Notes: generated by a model not told the origin, from the sequence alone. A stretch of DNA of 64,000 bases from Pristiophorus japonicus (GCF_044704955.1 NC_091977.1:223014001-223078000); one strand, 5' to 3'. Counted from the first letter of the stretch, positions 24,232 to 36,680 are shown. Made by a program: numbers and translations.

Positions 24232-25146
24232 GATTCGATAAGCAAATCCAAAATGTACTGCCAGGAGGCACCAGAAATATGCACAATGCAAAGGCCGTTC
24301 TTTGAACGTAAGCACATGGTCTTCAGATGTTTCTTTGTCTAGCTGTCATTGGACTTTTTCATAAACCTCAATGGTGTGGTCGGTAGACCAATGCAATTTT
24401 CTGTGCTGGAAAGGGAAGATGGGATCGTGGTTCAGTCGCTGCTGATTGAAGAGTTGGCAGACCAACGACAACAGGAAGGACCCCCTCCCTCCCCCCGCTC
24501 CCAAATAAAAACAGGCTCCACAATGTCCGCAGGATCAGCAATCCTCGGAGCAAAGAACATCGTCGGAGCAACAGTGAATGTTCTCACATTCTGACTCAGT
24601 GCGGCCACAGAGCTATTTAATTCTAATGTGGATGGAGTACTGCAGATGTTCAGTACTAGACTGGACAACTCCCAAACCAATCTGCGTCCAATTCTGAAAG
24701 TGTGCTCAAAGCTAAAACTGGATGGATCCAAAGCAATTTGGACTGCACCTGAGGTGTCCAAGGCCAAAACCAGGATTGCTCCCAATTACACTGAGAGCAC
24801 AACACACAAGAATATACAAATGCAAATCCAATCCAGACTGAGTCTAAAAGTTACACAAGGATGGACTAAGGATAGGTCCCAATCCAGTTTAGACTGGTTT
24901 CTCAAATATAAACTCAAGATGTTCCTAGACCAGCCCACCCTAATCTACAGTCATTTAAAGCTAGACTTAATGAGGATCATCTTCAACTTCGCCAGCCAGG
25001 GAGTAAGTTAGCCGAATGGGTGGCCCACCCATTGTGGAGCACAGATGATTTTCATTCCATTGAGGTCGTATAAAGGCCAGGAATTTGCTCTGCCAGGTTA
25101 CTGCCCAGGTTGCAAAATTTCTCCAGTGACTCCTGATCTACTCTGA
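24232..25146 (+). pseudogene. Candidate decayed coding sequence of unknown origin
   Basis: ORFs 24349-24594 and 24628-25011 are in the same frame; that frame runs ~305 codons with only three internal stops. No family recognised. Confidence 0.35.
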
Positions 25147-25439
25147 ATGGAGACCAGAAGACACTGATGTCTTCTTTGGATGTCAAACTGAAAATGAATC
25201 CATTATCCAGATGGTGGGCAAAGTTACATCCATTTCACATTGGATAGCTCCTCTAAAATCCAATGCATGTATACGTATCTTGTCAAAACTATGCTTGTGG
25301 ACCTCCAGAATCTGAACAGAGAGTGGATCAGCCAATCAAGTGGAGGAATGAGTAGATGATCTTCTATTTGAAGAAGTCAGTCACACATTTCTCATTCAGA
25401 TCAGGAATTGGCAACTGAAATATTTGAAGCCTGCAAATA

Positions 25440-25665
25440 GAATCATATAGCACGGAAGGAGACCTTTTGGCCTATCATGCCTGTCCCACTCCACTGCTCT
25501 GACCTCATAGCCCTGCAATTTTTTCCTTTTCAGGAATATATCAAATTCCCTTTTGAAAATTACTATTGAATCTAAAAAAATTCTACTCATCTCACCCCCC
25601 ACCACCTCCCCACCCCCTTGACTTTTTTGCCAGTTATCTTAAATCAGTGTCCTCTGGCTACCAAC
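25440..25665 (-). mobile_element. CR1 3' UTR fragment
   Basis: atagaatcatatagcacggaaggagacc tail and UTR, same type as 3189. Confidence 0.75.
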
Positions 25666-26294
25666 AATAATATTGTGTTTTTGTCAATTTTCTCTGCGAG
25701 TTATTCTCTGGTCCCCACAGCATAACTGATCTCCATTACAAAACAAGCCCCTGGTGCTTTTTTCACCGTATCTTTAAAATGTCTCCAATATTTCTGGTTA
25801 CCTCCAATTGTTGCAGAAATTGTTACACTCGCTACACAACCTAATTCCTATCTGTGTAATCTTTTCACTGCTGACATGATTAATCTATGGAAGTAAGCCA
25901 CGTCAGCGATTCCTCTTCTTACCAGAAATGGACGTTGCTCTTCCTGCCGCTTAAACCTCTGTGGGTGACCACTAAAACCACAGCTGGATGACACAGAGGT
26001 TCAGCACAGTCTAAAACAGACTCTTTCAAGCCCAAACCTTTCTCAAACAATGTTATCTGTTCGGAATTTTGATCTGCAATGGATTTTAATCCATCCTACT
26101 GCTGTTGTCAGCTAAAATAGACAAAAGCCGTTAATTTTATTCTGAGAATGTATGATGACGAAGTGATAGTGGGCTTGATCTCATTTGCTTTCAAGATCTG
26201 CTGATCTTCCTCACTGTTTTAAAGAATCACTGCCTTCATGAAAAAGCTTCTGGCAATATTTTTGGGTGGGGGGGTGAAATGATATACAATAGGC

Positions 26295-26612
26295 GAGCAA
26301 TCTCTGTAACAACCTCCAGCTCTGCAACTCTCCCAGGTCTCTGCCTTTTGCGCATCCCCGATTTCCATCGCTTCACCATTGCTGGCCATGCTGTCAGTTG
26401 CCTAGGACCTAAACTCTGCAATTCCTCCCTAAATGTCCACACCTCTCTACCTCTCTCTCCTCCTTTAAGACGCTCCTTAAAACCTACCTCTTCGACGAAG
26501 CTTTTAATCACCTGTCCTGATATTTTCTCTGTGGCTCAATGTCACATTTTGTCTGATAACATTCCTTGGGACGTTAAAGGCGATATATAAATGCAATTTA
26601 TTGTTGTTGTCA
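26295..26612 (+). mobile_element. L2 LINE 3' end
   Basis: G.AVSCLGPKLCNS (L2 GxRAFS..gP.LWNSLP motif), tttaagacgctccttaaaacctacctctt and (ttg)n tail. Confidence 0.8.
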
Positions 26613-27349
26613 TTGTCACCAGGTAATATCTTGTACAGGTGATGTGTTGGTACACTTCAACATCAGTTATGCCATCACATGGTTTGTTTGTAAGCAAGTG
26701 AAAAATGTTTACCAAGTACTTTTACTTCAAGGCAGAGCCTCTTTTTAAAAAAAACTCTCCATTTTCAGCTTGATCCTTGTGCCATGCAACATTCTGTGGC
26801 TGAGAGGGCAAACACCAAGCAGTTCCAGATGCCCGATGCACCTGTTGACTTAACCACGAAGAATTGCATTTGGCCATACAGTTTGGGCGAGAAAACCAAC
26901 GTCATCGCACACGTTCTTTTGGACGTTAAGTCAACATTGGGGAGAAGAATTTTGGGCCACAATCCACAGTGCCCGATGTCCCACCTGAATTGCGCCACCT
27001 GACAAATTGGAAGCCAGCAACTTGTAAATGTAGCAGGCACTTGCCTCAAATAAGCATTAATTGCCTTGATGGGGTACCTAATGCCTAATGATGTAGCACC
27101 CCGATTGAACTAGGTCAGCAAAAGGACCCAGTTGTTCCAGGTCTTAAGTATCAATGGAAAGATAAGCAAACTTTTTCAAAGTTTCATTTCTGTTGGAGCC
27201 AGGAAGAGCAGTCAGGTGAGCTCCCTCACAGGCAGGTTCTTAACCCCACTCAATATTCCTCAATCTACTCAGGCTGATCCAATACCTTGGATCCAATCCA
27301 AGGCCACGGAAACAGGAAAATCTGTCCCTGCAAGTTCTGCAAAAGCATG

Positions 27350-27803
27350 AACATTCTGCTAAACCTTTACAAATTACTGCTTCGCCCTGAGTTGGAGTAT
27401 TGTGTTCAATTCTGGGCACCACACTTTAGAGAAGGTTAAGGGAAGATTTGATAGAGGTGTTCAAAATTATGAGGAGTAAATAAGGAGAAACTGTTTCCAG
27501 TGGCGGGAGGGTGAGTAACTAGCAGACACAGATTTAAGGTGATTGGCAAAAAAACCTAAGGAGGAAATGAGAAGAGTTTTTTTACTAAGTAAGTTATTAT
27601 GATCTGGAATGAAATGCCTGAAAGGCTGGTGGAAACAGATTGATCGTAACTTTCAGAAGGGAATTGGATAAATATTTGAAAAATGAAACATTTGCAGGGC
27701 TATGGAGAAAGAGCAGGGGGAGTGGGACTGATTGGATCACTCTTTCAAAGAGCTGGCACAGGCATAATGGGCTGAATGGCCTCCTCATGTGTTGTAAGAT
27801 TTT
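27350..27803 (+). mobile_element. CR1 3' fragment whose tail is the Harbinger insertion site
   Basis: ttggagtattgtgttcaattctgggcaccacac...atgggctgaatggcctcct; the tail resumes as tgtgattctaag after 32777. Confidence 0.8.
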
Positions 27804-28149
27804 GGGCTCAGTTTTCCCCAATGCCATTTTTTGGTGTATTGCAAGAGTTACACCCATTTTTTTTGGCCCCGACTAATTCAAAAAAATAACTTGCAAGTTT
27901 CCCTGTTCTATTGTTTGAAATTGGCGTTGCGCAGCCTGTCCTTTAGCTTCGGGGGGTGTGGGGGGCGGGGGCGGGGTGGAGCCTAATGTCTGCACCAAGA
28001 AAACGATGCCCCCCTTCTGTGCATGCGCAAAAAAAAAGGACGTTTTCAACGTGACTGCTATGGACACGCATGCCCAGTACAGCTCCCGGTCTGCATTCGG
28101 TCATTTTTAAAGAGCCAGTTGTGTGTGAGAACTTTAATTCTCATTGGAA

Positions 28150-29172
28150 AAATCAGAGCTGAAGAGGATTCAGACGTGGATGAGCCTGAAGAGGAGAACA
28201 TCTTCCAGTCCCACCTTCCAGACCAAGAACATGGGGGTGAGGGGGAGGGGCAGGGGGAGGGGATGGATGAAGCCCCCACTGTTGTACTCACTCTGGAGGA
28301 GGTGCAGGTGCCATCCATTGAGGTGCCAGGCCCTTTCCTGAGTGGTATGAGTGTTGGTGGGACATCCCATGGTTTCTCACAGTCCGAGGCTGGGGATTCC
28401 AGTGGTATGCAGCGAGGTACACCCAGGGTCCCACCGTCTGAGGCTGCGGGTCCCAGTGGGATGCAGCGAGGCATACCCAGGGGGAGGAGGGTAAGGAGAG
28501 CTCAAGAGTGCTCTCCTGAGTGCAGGATCTAAGAGATGTGGTTCAGATGATGACAATGAGTGCGGAAAGCATTAACCTTACCTGATCACTCCTGGACACC
28601 ATCAGCGAGGTGGGTAATGAGAAATCGGGGCTATCGGAAGAAGTGACAACACTCTGCAGGTAGTTGAGACGCTGTTGGTGAACATGAGGGAGGGAATGTC
28701 GCAGGTAATTGATACACTGTCGGTGAACATGAGAGAGGGAATGTTGCAGGTAGTTGATACACTATCAGTGAACATGAGAGAGGGAATGTTGCAGGTAGTT
28801 GATACACTGTCGGTGAACATGAGAGAGGGAATGTTGCAGGTAGTTGATACACTGTCGGTGAACATGAGAGAGGAAATGTTGCAGGTGTTGAGACACTATC
28901 AGGGCACATGAGGGAGGGAATGTCGGAGTTAGCTGCTGCAATTTGCCCAGACCCCGCGCCCATTGACAGAATCAACTGCCATTCCCACTCCAATCCCCAG
29001 ACCAGCCTCTGAACAGGCCCAAGCCGGGCCTTCCACATTACCGCCTGCCACCCCACCCATCAAGAAGTGTGCATTACCCGAGATGTTTGAAAGAATATGC
29101 TTGGTACCAACCCGAGAAATGCCTGTGGGCAAGGGTGGAGTCAACAAGACCAAGCACAGCAGGCGGTCTTAA
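28150..29172 (+). pseudogene. Harbinger second (accessory) protein, C-terminal part; N-terminal Myb/SANT domain not seen
   Basis: Acidic linker (AEEDSDVDEPEEE), 15-aa repeat array and Pro-rich tail across ORFs 28023-28532, 28675-28911 and 28963-29172; convergent with the transposase as is usual for Harbinger. Confidence 0.65.
28654..28923 (+). repeat. 45 bp minisatellite, 6 units, coding LQVVDTLSVNMREGM
   Basis: Unit ttgcaggtagttgatacactgtcggtgaacatgagagagggaatg at 28654, 28699, 28744, 28789, 28834, 28879. Confidence 0.95.
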
Positions 29173-29672
29173 AATAAGGTGGAGGAAAGATGGTTGCAGC
29201 CTTTCTTTGCTGCTGTTGTTGTTATTGTTGTTGTTATTATTATTGTTGTTACTGTTGTAACTGTTCTCAAATTAAAAGTTTTTTGTCAGTTATATAAATT
29301 TACAAGTTTAAAAGTTTGTACGTGATCTTAAAGTTTTTAAGTGATCTTAAAGTTGGTAAGTGATCTTAACTGAAAACTTTAAAGTTTGATAAAAATATTC
29401 TTGTATTAAAGTTAAGTTAAGTACAAACAAGTGTTAAACTTTAGAATAAAATATATTTTAAATTATAACTGAATCATTTCCATTATTTGTTCCATATTTA
29501 ACACAACTTTTTAAACTAAAGAAGAATCATTTTCATTATTTGTTCCATTATTAACACAACTTTTTGAACTAAAGAATCATTTCCATGATTTGTTCCATTA
29601 ACACAACACAACATTACAGAACAGGTCCAAACAGTAAACATGGTCCATGTGGAACATTTGCCGCTGAGCCTT

Positions 29673-30874
29673 CAGGCAGCAAATGTTTACGGATGAGCTG
29701 CTGCGCAAAGCTCAAGCAATTGTTAAAGGGGCATGATGGCCCGCCCTCCTCTGCCGTCATGCTCCGGGTTCAGGTAGTTGCATGGCTTCCTCGTCCTCGT
29801 CCTAGTCCTCCTCCTCCTCCTCGTCATCTGCATCTTCCTTCTCATCATCAGCCACTCTCACCTCAGGTGAATCTTCTACCAACAGCTGCTGCTGCCTCAT
29901 GATGGCTAAGTTATGCAGCATGCAGCACACAACAGTGAACTGACCGACAACCTCAGGGAAGAATTGCAAGTAGCCTCCGGAATGGTCCAGGTATCGGAAA
30001 CGCTGTTTCAAGATGCCAAAGATCCTCTCTATGTGCGACATGTTGTATTGCTGGTCAGCTTCCGTCCGGGTTACACATAGGGGCGTCATGTGCCAGGTAG
30101 CGAGGCCGTACTCTTTGCCTCCCTGTAGCCAGTTCTGCCCTTCTGGCTGCTGCTGAAACATGGCAGCTATAGCGCTCTCGCATAGGATGAATGCATCATG
30201 GGTGCTCCTAGGGTATTTCGCATCAACTGACATTATGCGATGCATGTCATCACACACGAGCTGCACATTCACGGAGTGGAAGCCTTTTCTGTTCCTGTAC
30301 ATCTCAGAATCCCCCAGAGGTGCTCGCAAGGTGATGTGGGTACAATCAATGCAGCCCTGTACCTTTGGGAAGCCAGTAATCCTGGAGGAGCCCACAGCCC
30401 TTTCACGCATTGCCTGGGTGGTTATGGAGAACTTTATGTAGTCATTCCTCTGGGCATCTAGTGCAGCAGTCTCCTGCCGAATGCAGATATGTGTTGCATG
30501 TTGAGAAATGGTGCACAGATCCCCAGTTGTGGCCTGGAATGATCCAGATGCATAGAATGAAAGTGCAGCTATAACCTTCACTTCAACTGACAAAGCAGTC
30601 TTCCTGACGCTTCTAGGGTGCAGGTCTGCTTTTACTAACTCACAGATCTCGGTTACAACTTCTTTGCAGAAACACAACCTTCTCACACAGTCTACATCAC
30701 TCAGGTGCAGGTATGAAAGCCTGACTCGATATACCCGATGTGGTAAGGCCTCCTGCCCATCATCCTACGTGCTCTGAGGTTTTACATGCGGTGACGTCGA
30801 ATCAATCATCTCCTCCGCAGCACCATCATACAGAAGGCTTGCACGAGGTATGGCATTGTCAATATTGCCCCCAT
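29673..30874 (-). pseudogene. Harbinger (HARBI1-like) DDE transposase, disrupted
   Basis: ALSFYASGSFQ, GFPKVQGCIDCTHI, YRNRKGFHSVNVQLVCD, STHDAFI, IERIFGILKQRFR, CCMLHNLA motifs; likely ATG at 30874; in-frame stops; second catalytic D region altered (LQGGKEY). Confidence 0.93.
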
Positions 30875-31033
30875 GATTAAATTGTACCTTTGGAAGAAGC
30901 TCAAAACAGCAGGTCAAGGAGTTAAAGCTTCCTTCCTCTCTCTCTCTCCGCAAGGTCGACGCCCTAATATGGACCGCACTCAGGTCTTGGCATGCGCAAT
31001 AGGCTTGCTTAGAACGGGAAGCTAGGCATTCAA

Positions 31034-32005
31034 ATAGAAACATAGAAAACATAGAAAATAGGGGCAGGAGTAGGCCATTCGGCCCTTCGAGCCTGCACCG
31101 CCATTCAATGAGCTCATGGCTGAACATGCAACTTCAGTACCCTATTCCTGCTTTCTCGCCATACCCCTTGATCCCCCTAGTAATAAGGACTACGTCTAAC
31201 TCCTTTTTGAATATATTTAGTGAATTGGCCTCAACAACTTTCTGTGGTAGAGATTTCCACAGGTTCACCACTCTCTGGGTGAAGAAGTTTCTCCTCATCT
31301 CGGTCCTAAATGGCTTACCCGTTATCCTTAGACAGTGACCCCTGGTTTTGGGCTTCCCCAACATTGGGAACATTCTTCCTGCATTTAACCTGTCTAAACC
31401 CATCAGAATTTTAAACGTTTCTATGAGATGCCCTCTCATTCTTCTGAACTCTAGTGAAGGCAAGCCCAGTTGATCCAGTCTTTCTTGATATGTCAGTCCC
31501 GCCATCCCGGGAATCAGTCTGGTGAACCTTCGCAGCATTCCCTCGATAGCAAGAATGTCCTTCCTCAAGTTAGGAGACCAAAACTGTACACAATACTCCA
31601 GGTGTGGCCTCACCAAGGCCCTGTACAACTGTAGTAACACCTCCCTGCCCTTGTACTCAAATCACTATGAAGGCCAACATGCCATTTGCTTTCTGAACCG
31701 CCTGCTGTACCTGCATGCCAACCTTCAATGACTGATGTACCATGACACCCAGGTTTCATTGCACCTCCCCTTTTCCTAATCTGTCACCATTCAGATCATA
31801 GTCTGTCTCTCTGTTTTTACCACCAAAGTGGATAACCGCACATTTATCCACATTATACTTCATCTGCCATGCATTTGCCCACTCACCTAACCTATCCCAG
31901 TCACTCTGCAGCCTCATAGCATCCTCCTCGCAGCTCACACTGCCACCCAACTTGGTGTCATCCGCAAATTTGGAGATATTACATTTAATCCCCTTGTCTA
32001 AATCA
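31034..32005 (-). mobile_element. CR1 3' fragment inserted inside the Harbinger
   Basis: (atagaaac)n tail at 31034; ORFs 31134-31640 and 31756-32040 (FADDTK). Confidence 0.93.
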
Positions 32006-32026
32006 AATGAGGACATTTGGGGCAAC

Positions 32027-32390
32027 GAAGTCCAATGCAATTCTTTAATTTTAGATTTTTTTCAAAGTACCACCCCACCACCAAATGAACGTCTCCTCAC
32101 CGGACTCAAGGGCCGGCAGAATCGCTCCCTCGTCCGGACACAGGGGCTCGGCAAACACCACCCCACTCCGGCTTTTTTTGATGCTGCTGCATAGTGTAAG
32201 GCTTCTCATGCCTTCAGTTTGGCTTCCACCTCCCACTCCCCCAGACTTCTTTTGAAGCCAAGCCCCTGTGTCCAGGCAAGGGACCGATTCTGCCGGCCGA
32301 CGCTCCGACCCTCGAGCCCAGTTTGGAGACGTTCAGTGGTGGCGTGGCACTTTGAAAAAAATCCAAAATTAAACAATTGCATTAGACTTC
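32027..32390. repeat. Hairpin: inverted arms 32027-32152 and 32257-32390
   Basis: gaagtccaatgcaatt...ggacacaggggctcggc versus gccaagcccctgtgtcc...aattgcattagacttc. Confidence 0.9.
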
Positions 32391-32974
32391 CATTTTCTCT
32401 GTTTTAAGTTTGAAAAAATTAAGCTTCATGATATTTAATGTGTTCTTGACTCCCTCCAAAACTTCGCATTAAAAACAATGGTGTCTTTCTGCACCAATTG
32501 TTTAATGTGCGCAGTTTTTTCTTAAGTGCCCAGAAGGTTTTTTGGGAGTGGTCATGTATGCCGACCTAGAAAAAAAGTAGGTTGGCCAAACTTGCATAAA
32601 TTTGAAAAACTGGCGCAAATATCAGGTTACGCCCCCTATGACGCAAGAAAAATCTAACCTAAAATAATCGTGACAAACTGGCGCACAATCTTTGGGGAAA
32701 CTTGGCTATTGTAAGTTAGGCCAGAGAAAGCGGCACGCACCAAAAAAAGGTGCACATAACTGGGGAAAATTGAGCCCTGTGATTCTAAGTTTAGTGATTT
32801 CTTTGAGAATTCTTTAAATGTTATGTTTATTATTTTATAAATTAATTTTTTACATATGTGGCTTAAAAGTCAATATAAAGCTGCGAAAAGCTGCAAAAAT
32901 ATTCTGAACTATTTACTTAGTTGGTTCATGTTGGTTGCTCGTTGTTCATTGGTTACTTTTTGGTACTAGGGTCT

Positions 32975-33542
32975 GGATCAACATTCTGGGGGTCATTGAC
33001 CAGGAACTTAACTGGACCAGCAACATAAATACTGTGGCAACAAGAGTAGGTCAGGAGCTGGGTATTCTGTGGCAAGTGTCTCACCTCCTGACTCCCCAAA
33101 GCTTTTCCACCATCTACAAGGCACAAGTCAGGAATGTGATGGAATACTCTCCACTTGCCTGAATGAGGCAGCTCGAAAAACACTCAAGAAGCTCAACACC
33201 ATCCAGGACTTAGCAACCCGCTTGATGACAGCCCATCCACCACCTTAAACAGTCACTCCCTGCATCAGCGACGTGCAGTGTGTACCATCTACAAGATGCA
33301 CTGCAGAAACTCACCAAGACTTCTTCAGCAGCGCCTCCCAAACCCTCAGCCTATATTACCTAAAAGGACAAGGGCAGCAGGCGCATGGAAACACCACCCC
33401 CTCCAAGTTCTCCTCCAAGTCACACACCATCCTGACTTGGAAGTATATCGCAGTTCCTTTAATGTCACTGGGTCAAAATCCTGAAACTCCCTCCCGAACA
33501 GCATGTGGGAGTGCCTTCCTCACAAGGACATCAACGGTTCAA
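32975..33542 (+). mobile_element. Non-LTR retrotransposon fragment, same family as 308-1160
   Basis: INILGVIDQELNWTSNINTVATRVGQELGIL...MEYSPLA. Confidence 0.8.
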
Positions 33543-36500
33543 GAACATAGAAACATAGAAAATAGGTACAGGAGTAGGCCATTCAGCCCTTCAAGCCTGC
33601 ACCACCATTCAATAAGATCATGGCTGATCATTCACCTCAGTACCCCTTTCCTGCTTTCTCTCCATAGCCCTTGATTCCTTTAGCCGTAAGAGTCAAATTT
33701 AACTCCCTCTTGAATATATCCAGTGAGCTGGCATCAACAACTCTCTGCGGTAGAGAATTCCACAGGTTAACAACTCTCTGAGTGAAGAAGTTTCTCCTCA
33801 TCTCAGTCCTAAATGGCTTACTCCTTATCCTTAGACTGTGTCCCCTGGTATTGGGCTTCCCCAACATTCGGACCATTCTTCCTGCATCTAACCTGTCCAG
33901 TCCCGTCAGAATTTTATATGTTTCTGAGATCCCCCCCTCATCCGTCTAAACTCCAGTGAATACAGGCCCAGACGATCCAGTTTCTCTTCATATGTCAGTC
34001 CTGCCATCCCGAGAATCAGTCTGGTGAACCTTCGCTGCACTCCCTCAATAGCAAGAACGTCCTTCTTCAGATTAGGAGACCAAAACTGAACACAATATTC
34101 CAGGCGAGGCCTCACCAAGGCCCTGTACAACTGCAGTAGGACCTCCCTGCTCCTATACTCAAATCCCTTAGCTATGAAGGCCAACATACCATTTGCCTTC
34201 TTCACCGCCTGCTCTACATGCATGCCAACTTTCAATGATCGATGTACCATGACACCCAGGTCTCGTTGCACCTCCCCTTTTCCTAATCTGCCGCCATTCA
34301 GATAATATTCTGCCTTCGTGTATTTGCCACCAAAGTGGATAACCTCACATTTATCCACATTATACTGAATCAGCCATGTGTTTGCCCATTCACCTAACCT
34401 GTCCAAGTCACCCTGCAGCCTCATAGTATCCTCCTCACAGCTCACACCGCCACCCAGCTTAGTGTCATCTGCAAACTTGGAGATTTTACACTCAATTCTT
34501 TCATCTAAATCATTGATGTATATTGTAAATAGCTGGGGTCCCAGCACTGAGCTCTGTGGCACCCCACTAATCACTGCCTGCCATTCTGAAAAGGACCTGT
34601 TTATCAGGACTCTCTGCTTCCTGTCTGCCAACCAGTTCTCTATCCACATCAGTACATTACCCCCAATACCTTGTGCTTTAATTTTGCACACCAATCTCTT
34701 GTGTGGCACCTTGTCAAAAGCCTTTTGAAAGTCCAAATATACCACATCCATTGGTTCTCCCTTGTCCACTCTATTAGTTACATCCTCAAAAAATTCTAGA
34801 AGATTTGTCAAGCATGATTTCCCTTTCATAAATCCATGCTGACTTGGACCGATCCTGTCACTGCTTTCCAAATGCGCTGCTATTTCATCTTTAATAATTG
34901 ATTCCAACATTTTCCCCACTACTGATGTCAGGCTAACTGGTCCATAATTATCCATTTTCTCGCTCCCTCCTTTTTTAAAAAGTGGTGTTACATTAGTCCA
35001 TAGGAACTGATCCAGAGTCGATAGACTGTTGGAAAATGATCACCAATGCATCCACTATTTGAAGAGCCACTTCCTTAAGTCCTCTGGGATACAGACTATC
35101 AGGCCTTGGGGATTTATCAGCCTTCTATCCCATCAATTTCCCTAACACAATTTCCCGCCTAATAAGGATTTCCTTCAGTTCCTCCTTCTCACTAGACCCT
35201 CGACCCCCTAATACTTCCGGAAGGTTATTGTGTCTTCCTTTGTGATGACAGAACCAAAGTATTTGTTCAACTGTTCTGCCATTTCTTTGTTCACCATTAT
35301 TAATTCACCTGATTCTGATTGATTGTCTTCACTAATCTTTTTCGCTTCACATATCTATAGAAGCTTTTGCAGTCAGTTTTTATCTTCCCAGCAAGCTTCT
35401 TCTCATACTCTATTTTCCCCGTCCTAATTAAACCCTTTGTCCTCCTCTGCTGAATTCTAAATTTCTCCCAGTCCTCAGGTTTGCTGCTTTTTCTGGCCAA
35501 TTTATATGCCTCTTCCTTGGATTTAACACTATCCCTAATTTCCCTTGTTAGCCACGGTTGAGCCAACTTCCCCGTTTTATTTTTACTCCAGACAGAAATG
35601 TACAATTGTTGAAGTTCATCCATGTGATCTTTAAATGTTTGCCATTGCCTATCCACCGTCAACCCTTTAAGTATCATTCACCAGTCTATCCTAGCCAATT
35701 CACGTCTCATACCATCGAAGTTATCGTTCTTTAGGTTCAGGACCCTAGTCTCTGAATTAACTGTGTCACTCTCCATCTTAATAAAGAATTCTACCATATT
35801 ATGGTCACTCTTCCCCAAGGGGCCTCGCACAACAAAATTGCTAATTAGTCCTTTCTCATTACACATCACCCAGTCTAGGAAGGCCAGCCCTCTAATTGGT
35901 CCCTCGATATATTGGTCAGAAAACCATCCTTAATACACTCCAGGAAATCCTCCTCCACCGTGTTGCTACCAGTGTGGTTAGCCCAATCTATATGTAGATT
36001 AAAGTCGCCCATGATAACTGCTGTACCTTTATTGCACACATCCCTAATTTTTTGTTTGATGCTGTTTGGTGGTCTATACACAACTCCCACTAGCGTTTTC
36101 TGCCCTTTAGTATTCTACAGCTGCACCCATGCGAATCCACAACATCCAAGCTAATGTCCTTCCTTACTATTGCGTGAATTTCCTCCTTAACCAGCAATGC
36201 CACCCCACCTCCTTTTCCTTTCTGTCTATCCTTCCTGAATGTTGGATACCCCTGGATGTTGGGTTCCCAGCCTTAGTCACCCTGGAGCCATGTCTCCGTG
36301 ATGCCAATTATATCATATTCGTTAATTGCTGCTTGCGCAGTTAATTCGTCCACCTTATTACGAAAACTCCTCGCATTGAGGCATAGAGCCTTCAGGCTTG
36401 TCTTTTTAACACACTTTGCCCCTTTAGAATGTTGCTGTAATGTGGCCCTTTTTGATTTTTGCCTTGGGTTTCTCAGCCCTCCACTTTACTTTTCTTCTTT

Positions 36501-36680
36501 CTATCTTTTACTTCTGCCCCCATTATACTTCCCTCTGTCTCCCTGCATAGGTTCCCATTCCCCTGACATATTAGTTTAACCCCTCCCCAACAGCACGAGC
36601 AAACACTCCCCCTAGGACATTAGTTCCGGTCCTGCCCAGATGCAGACCGTCCGGTTTGTACTGGTCCCACCTCCCCCAGA
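33543..36680 (-). mobile_element. 5'-truncated CR1 (ORF2 plus end of ORF1), close relative of 9189-13919
   Basis: Tail aacatagaaacatagaaa; 349-aa RT ORF 33906-34955; EN peptides 35678-36090. Confidence 0.95.

Larger units (their letters stand above)
27804..32777 (-). mobile_element. PIF/Harbinger DNA transposon with TIRs and two convergent genes
   Basis: TIRs gggctcagttttcccca (27804-27820) and tggggaaaattgagccc (32761-32777); flanks ttt/tgt; DDE transposase on minus and a second ORF on plus. Confidence 0.92.

Noticed and set aside
24724-24760. WTAPEV resembling kinase subdomain VIII
   Set aside because: No HRD, DFG or DVWS motifs at the expected spacing.
25923-26111. 189 nt minus-strand segment with good acceptor and donor sites
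   Set aside because: All three frames contain stops and there is no transcript evidence.
28654-28923. Regular direct repeats suggesting a CRISPR array
   Set aside because: Head-to-tail units without unique spacers, in a eukaryotic transposon ORF, and no cas genes.
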